Below are positions 59,331-64,000 of a DNA stretch of 64,000 bases, in pieces (within the stretch, counting starts at the first letter, position 1; each line of letters starts with the position of its first letter). This DNA comes from Candidatus Magasanikiibacteriota bacterium (GTDB lineage: Bacteria; Patescibacteriota; Patescibacteriia; Magasanikbacterales; GWA2-37-8), in contig JACOYB010000004.1 of the NCBI GenBank assembly GCA_016182085.1, forward strand, positions 339,923 to 403,922. The letters are read 5' to 3'. The notes under the pieces are model-generated. The model was given only the letters and a program-made list of their open reading frames with translations. It did no database searches and was not told the DNA's origin. Both the position numbers and the translations under genes were made by a program.

Positions 59331-60953
59331 TTAAGCGTTAGTTTCAATAGATTCTTCCGTTTGAACTTGTTTGGTTTTAAGTAATAAGAAGCGACTGCTA
59401 AGGCCATCTCTAATTTGGAGAAGTTCCGGCACCTTCAAAAGGTAACATATTACAATATAAATTGCCAGGCCAGCCAGGGCAGCTACCAACCCTTGTCCAA
59501 AAATACCCAAAAAATAATCCTGGTTGAAGACGCTAGCCAAAGGTTTTTTGGCATATTGAATCGTAATCGCCATGGCCATAGCCGCGATTATGATGCGATA
59601 CAAAGATGAGAAGATTTTTTCTCCGTCTATTTTTTTCAATATATTTCTCAGCGATATGGTTAAAATAATTAGATTTACCGTAGAACCGACTGAAAAAGCT
59701 AAAGCGAGGCCGGCAACGCCAAATGGCTTCATTAAAATTAAGGCGGCGATAATACTCGTAAGTTCGGAAATTACGCCAACTACAAAAGGAGTTTTAGTAT
59801 TAGATAAGGCATAAAATGCTCTGGCAAGCAGGGGGATAAGCGCTTGGGCAAACAAACTCAAGGCAAATAGCGCCAGCGTATCGGCAGTATGTACGGTCGC
59901 TTCCCAATCAAATTTTCCAGTTCCCAAAACCACCCGCACAATTTGCGCTCTAACCAAAAGAATGATAATCGCGCAGGGAATGATCAAAAATAAAATTTGT
60001 CTGATAGTGGAGGAGAGATTTTTTACAAATTCTTCCATATCATTTTTGGCCGCCGACATTGACAGCACCGGAAAAACGGCCAAAGCAAAGGGGATGCCAA
60101 TTATGCCGATCGGTACAGCCTGTAAATTATTGGCAAAATTAAAAATAGCCACGCTGCCCACGGGCAGCAAAGATGCCAGTACCGTAATGATAACCAAATT
60201 GAGCTGGCTGATAGCCAGGCCCAAAGTTCGTGGCATCATTAGCTTGCCCACTAGTCTGGCATTTTTGTCTTTTAAATTAAAATACCATTGCCATTTGTAA
60301 CCATTGGCGTAGGCGCTGTATGTTTGCAAAGATAAATGCATAAAAGCGCCCAGCACCACGCCCCATGCCAGACCGCTGGTTCCAAGCAAGGGAACAAGCA
60401 TAATCGCGCCAATAATAATTCCCAGGTTATAGAAAATTGGAGCTAGAGAATAGAGAAAGAAAGCCCGCAGGGATTGCAAAATACCGCCAATAACCATGGA
60501 AAGACCGAGCAGGATAGTGGAGCCAAACATGATGCGAGTAAGGGTGATAACCAGCGCTTTGGAGGTGTCGTTAAATCCGGGAGCGATAATTGGCGCGAGT
60601 ATCGGAGTAAAGATAATGCCAAAAAAACTTACAATGAGCAAAGCGATAGCGGTGATATTTAAAATATTATTTGCCAATTTCCAGGCCGGCGATTTGTCTT
60701 CGTTTTGGTTGAATAGTTTGCTAAATGTCGGAATAAAACCTGCGCTTAACGCTCCGATAATCAGTAAATTATAAATCAAATCGGGAATTTTAAACGCGGC
60801 ATAATAGGAATCCATAATCGGACCCGCGCCAAAATAATGAGCAAAGATTCTATCGCGCGCCAGTCCCATAATGCGGCTAATCAAAGTAGCGCCGGAAATA
60901 ATAATAGCGGCCCCAGTGATGGATTTCGATTGACTGTTAAAAACCCTAAGCAT
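59331..60953 (-). CDS. murJ: Lipid II flippase
   Basis: SRIMGLARD, AAFKIPD, SAGFIP, RAFYAL..TKTP. Confidence 0.94.
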   Translation of the reverse strand: MLRVFNSQSKSITGAAIIISGATLISRIMGLARDRIFAHYFGAGPIMDSYYAAFKIPDLIYNLLIIGALSAGFIPTFSKLFNQNEDKSPAWKLANNILNITAIALLIVSFFGIIFTPILAPIIAPGFNDTSKALVITLTRIMFGSTILLGLSMVIGGILQSLRAFFLYSLAPIFYNLGIIIGAIMLVPLLGTSGLAWGVVLGAFMHLSLQTYSAYANGYKWQWYFNLKDKNARLVGKLMMPRTLGLAISQLNLVIITVLASLLPVGSVAIFNFANNLQAVPIGIIGIPFALAVFPVLSMSAAKNDMEEFVKNLSSTIRQILFLIIPCAIIILLVRAQIVRVVLGTGKFDWEATVHTADTLALFALSLFAQALIPLLARAFYALSNTKTPFVVGVISELTSIIAALILMKPFGVAGLALAFSVGSTVNLIILTISLRNILKKIDGEKIFSSLYRIIIAAMAMAITIQYAKKPLASVFNQDYFLGIFGQGLVAALAGLAIYIVICYLLKVPELLQIRDGLSSRFLLLKTKQVQTEESIETNA

Positions 60954-60957
60954 ACAT

Positions 60958-61638
60958 TTAGGTGCTGCTAGAAATATCTGTGTTTAAATTTACCGTAAGT
61001 ACCGCGTACTCTGCCCCTTGTCCGGGAGTTCCCTGCACATACATGGATCCGGTAATGTCGTCTTTACTAAAGGAAAATTGTTGTACATTTTTGCCTTCAC
61101 TTTCCACGTCTATTTTATATGATTCTTTTTTTAATTCAGTTTTATAGTAACCAACGATAAAAAACGGATCGGCGTTTAGCCGTCTCCATTCTATCTGCAC
61201 GGTATCACGATGATCGCTCACCGGTGTGCTGATTATTTTCCATAAATTTGTTACGGAAGTGAGTTTGTTCGGATCGGCAGGATTTTGCGAGTCTTTGTCC
61301 AGGCTAATAAGCAGAGGCGATAAAATTATTTTTGGGAAAAAAGCGGCAATTTCTATGCCTCGGTTTTTATATTTTCCGGAAATAAAGGTAATTTTTTCTA
61401 TGCTGTCCGTGTCATAAACCGGAATATCTTTAGGGAAATTTTGCGGAACAGTGTTTAATGTTTCCGGACCGCTGCCCATGGCCAGGCGGATAAAGATTAT
61501 AATTCCGATAATAAGGAATACCAAACAACCGCAACCGGTGAGGCAAGCGCGTTTAATGGCGGAAAAAGCGGAATATTTTTTAGTTAGTTCGCCAATTGGC
61601 GGCTCTACAATCTCAACACTGTTTAAATCACGGCGCAT
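60958..61638 (-). CDS. Hypothetical membrane-anchored protein
   Basis: CLTGCGCL before a TM helix; PQNFPKDIPVY motif. Confidence 0.7.
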   Translation of the reverse strand: MRRDLNSVEIVEPPIGELTKKYSAFSAIKRACLTGCGCLVFLIIGIIIFIRLAMGSGPETLNTVPQNFPKDIPVYDTDSIEKITFISGKYKNRGIEIAAFFPKIILSPLLISLDKDSQNPADPNKLTSVTNLWKIISTPVSDHRDTVQIEWRRLNADPFFIVGYYKTELKKESYKIDVESEGKNVQQFSFSKDDITGSMYVQGTPGQGAEYAVLTVNLNTDISSST

Positions 61639-61698
61639 AGAATTTTTCTAAACACTATTGTAACAGAAAAAGTTTAGTTTGGGTAGCCTTTTAAATAC

Positions 61699-61727
61699 AA
61701 AACATCCCGATTTAGTCGGGATGTTTT
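61699..61727. terminator. Terminator, near-identical to 37878-37908
   Basis: AAAACATCCCGA-TTTAG-TCGGGATGTTTT. Confidence 0.8.
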
Positions 61728-61893
61728 AATATAGAGCAAATGGCTCTCGCTATAGTTACAAGATTTATAACGATAGCGAGTAGGAGCCATTTGCGTGCGT
61801 GCCCCTGCCCGCGCCCGCGTGTATGCGACAGGGACTGGAGCACCAGAGCGCCGACGGGGGGTGGTCTAGTAGGCCCGCCCATGCTGCGGAGGT

Positions 61894-62454
61894 TCAGGGC
61901 TGATTTTGCCAGTAACCGTAACAGGATGTCTCCAGCGTCGGCTTGCGGACAGTCTTGGCCGTGTCCGGACAGCTCTGGTGGAACGTCCACAGCGGCGAGG
62001 CTGCGTCGGCTGCCTGGATATCACTTTCAAGATCCAGGTTCGGTAACCACGCTCCGTAGAGGTAGCAGATGCCGGGCTTGTCGTCCGGGCACACGAACTG
62101 CGTCCCGGGAACTTTGGGCGGGTACTTCTCCTCCGTGGCCCGGAGCATGCGGTTGAGCTCATCGATGAGGGCCTTCTGCTTCCGCATGACATGCAGCAGG
62201 TCGGCTTCGAGCGCGTCCTTCTCGTTGATGAGATTGTTCTTCAGATTGATGACATCGTCCTTCGCCTCGACGATCTCGTTCTTCTGCTCGACCGTGTGCA
62301 CCCATAAGAAGGTGGTAACGGTAAAGAGGAAGAAGTTCAAGACGGTGGCCGCAATCATGATGCGCCTCCATTCCTTGAGCCGGCCGTTTTCGGCCGTGAG
62401 ATCCTGGATTTGCTCCTGGGGGGAGCTGGTCGTCGTTTCGCGTGAGGATTCCAT
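61894..62454 (-). CDS. GC-rich orphan TM/coiled-coil protein with Cys-containing C-domain
   Basis: GGTGA SD before ATG 62454 (GTG 62463 is an alternative start); minus-strand TTGACA at 62640-62635. Confidence 0.7.
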   Translation of the reverse strand: MESSRETTTSSPQEQIQDLTAENGRLKEWRRIMIAATVLNFFLFTVTTFLWVHTVEQKNEIVEAKDDVINLKNNLINEKDALEADLLHVMRKQKALIDELNRMLRATEEKYPPKVPGTQFVCPDDKPGICYLYGAWLPNLDLESDIQAADAASPLWTFHQSCPDTAKTVRKPTLETSCYGYWQNQP

Positions 62455-62735
62455 GATAGTCACCAGCCTTGTGAGGGTTTCTACTCTAGCGTTTCGGAAT
62501 ACGCCTGAGCATACTTGTGAAAAGAAACCAAAGCAGTTTTTCCGATACCTGCTCTGATAACTAAATGTGCTATATAATAGTTAGCACGCTTAGTTATTAA
62601 AGCAATAATATATGATTGCATAAAAATGAGGTTTTGTCAACAGGTAGACGCCCGTTTTATGTTTGGAAAATTCTTTGTTTCTTTGCTATACTATGTTCAT
62701 ATTTTAGTAGCTTAATAGTTTATTGTTTATCCGTT

Positions 62736-64000
62736 ATGAAGTTGTCTTTTTACGGAGCCGCGGGAGAGGTAACCGGTTCGTGTAACATGTTTACGGTTGA
62801 GGGGAAGAAATTTTTGGTTGACTGCGGCATGTTTCAGGGCGCTCAATTTAATGAAGAAAAAAATAGAGAACCGTTTCCATTTAACCCGGCCGAACTTTCC
62901 GGAGTTATCGTTACCCATGCTCATTTGGATCATGTTGGCAGGTTGCCGTTACTTGTAAAAAATGGATACGAGGGCAGTTTTTTTGCCACGCCACCCACTG
63001 CAGAGCTTACGGAATTACTTTTACAAGACGCGCTGCATATCATGCTGTACAACCATAGCCATGGCGGCGCGCCAGTCTTATATGACTCTACCGATATCGC
63101 CAAAGTGATGGAGCGTTTTAAGACCGTGGATTATAAAGAAAAAACAAAATTATCTCCGGAAGTTTTTTTTACCTTGCATGATGTCGGGCATATTTTTGGT
63201 TCGGCATTTGTTGAAGTAGAAGCGGGGGGAAAAAAGATTGTATTTTCCGGCGATGTGGGCAACGCCAATGTGCCAATTTTAAAAGACACCGAATCATTGC
63301 CCAAAGATATCGATGCGTTAGTTTGCGAATCAACCTATGGCAACCGGTTGCACGAAACAGTAACTAAGCGTTCGGAAATACTGTTAGAGTTAATTTCTAA
63401 AGCTATCGCCCGCGGCGGTACGCTGATGGTTCCGTCTTTTTCTTTTGAGCGCACGCAAGAATTAATTTATGAATTAAATAATTTGGTTGATCGCAAGAAA
63501 TTATTACCTCGCGTGCCGATTTTTTTGGACAGTCCGCTGGCAATTAAAGCCACCAGAGTGTATTTAAAGTATCCGGAGTATTATGACAGAGAAGCAGAGG
63601 TTCTTCGTAAAAGCGGAGATGATTTGTTTGATTTTCCCGGACTTGTTATAACCGAAACGCCGGAAGAATCTAAAAAAATAAATCATACTCCCGGCCCAAA
63701 AATCGTGGTTGCCGGTTCAGGCATGATGAATGGCGGGCGTATTTTGCACCATGCGTTGCGATATCTGTCGGATGAAAAAAGTACGCTGCTCATAATTGGC
63801 TTTCAAGCTGAAGGCACGCTCGGAAGAAAAATTTTAGATGGTCAAACGCCAGTAGATGTAATGGGAGAAAAAGTCCGGGTAAATTGCCAGGTTAAATCCA
63901 TTGGCGCGTTGTCCGCGCACGCGGATCAGGAAAAATTACTTAGTTGGATCGGAAAAGCCAAGCCTAAAAAAGTTTTACTTAATCACGGCGAAAAAAGCGT
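62736..64000 (+). CDS. MBL-fold beta-CASP RNA-processing nuclease, 3'-partial
   Basis: GAAGEVTGS, VDCGMFQG, THAHLDH, GHIFGS, ESTYG, SAHAD; runs off the window end. Confidence 0.92.
   Translation, partial: MKLSFYGAAGEVTGSCNMFTVEGKKFLVDCGMFQGAQFNEEKNREPFPFNPAELSGVIVTHAHLDHVGRLPLLVKNGYEGSFFATPPTAELTELLLQDALHIMLYNHSHGGAPVLYDSTDIAKVMERFKTVDYKEKTKLSPEVFFTLHDVGHIFGSAFVEVEAGGKKIVFSGDVGNANVPILKDTESLPKDIDALVCESTYGNRLHETVTKRSEILLELISKAIARGGTLMVPSFSFERTQELIYELNNLVDRKKLLPRVPIFLDSPLAIKATRVYLKYPEYYDREAEVLRKSGDDLFDFPGLVITETPEESKKINHTPGPKIVVAGSGMMNGGRILHHALRYLSDEKSTLLIIGFQAEGTLGRKILDGQTPVDVMGEKVRVNCQVKSIGALSAHADQEKLLSWIGKAKPKKVLLNHGEKS

Overview
An AT-rich bacterial chromosome segment whose gene content and style suggest a CPR/Patescibacteria (Parcubacteria-like) genome; this taxonomy is inferred, not tested. 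Housekeeping genes include dnaG (partial), rpoD, murG, typA, a dus gene, a cls-like gene, rarA, gdhA, a yidC-like gene, hrcA-grpE-dnaK-dnaJ, murA, an S41 protease, era, rplI, pyrG, a glycosylation cluster, recJ, lepA, murJ and a beta-CASP nuclease (partial). There are three tRNAs (Lys-TTT, Val-TAC, Glu-CTC), two ECF-sigma/DUF5667-like/surface-protein modules and a 1232-aa S-layer-like protein. The most unusual signal is two classes of genes. Native genes almost always start at TATG with no Shine-Dalgarno (SD). Eight solitary GC-richer genes have SD motifs and their own sigma70-like promoters, and four of them share a long hairpin with a 5'-arm bulge just before the terminator. The window also carries several families of small palindromic elements: inserted in frame in proteins, nested in each other, attached to tRNA halves, or abutting start codons. 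RNase HI is interrupted by an in-frame TAG. I saw no CRISPR array, rRNA, integrase or transposase.
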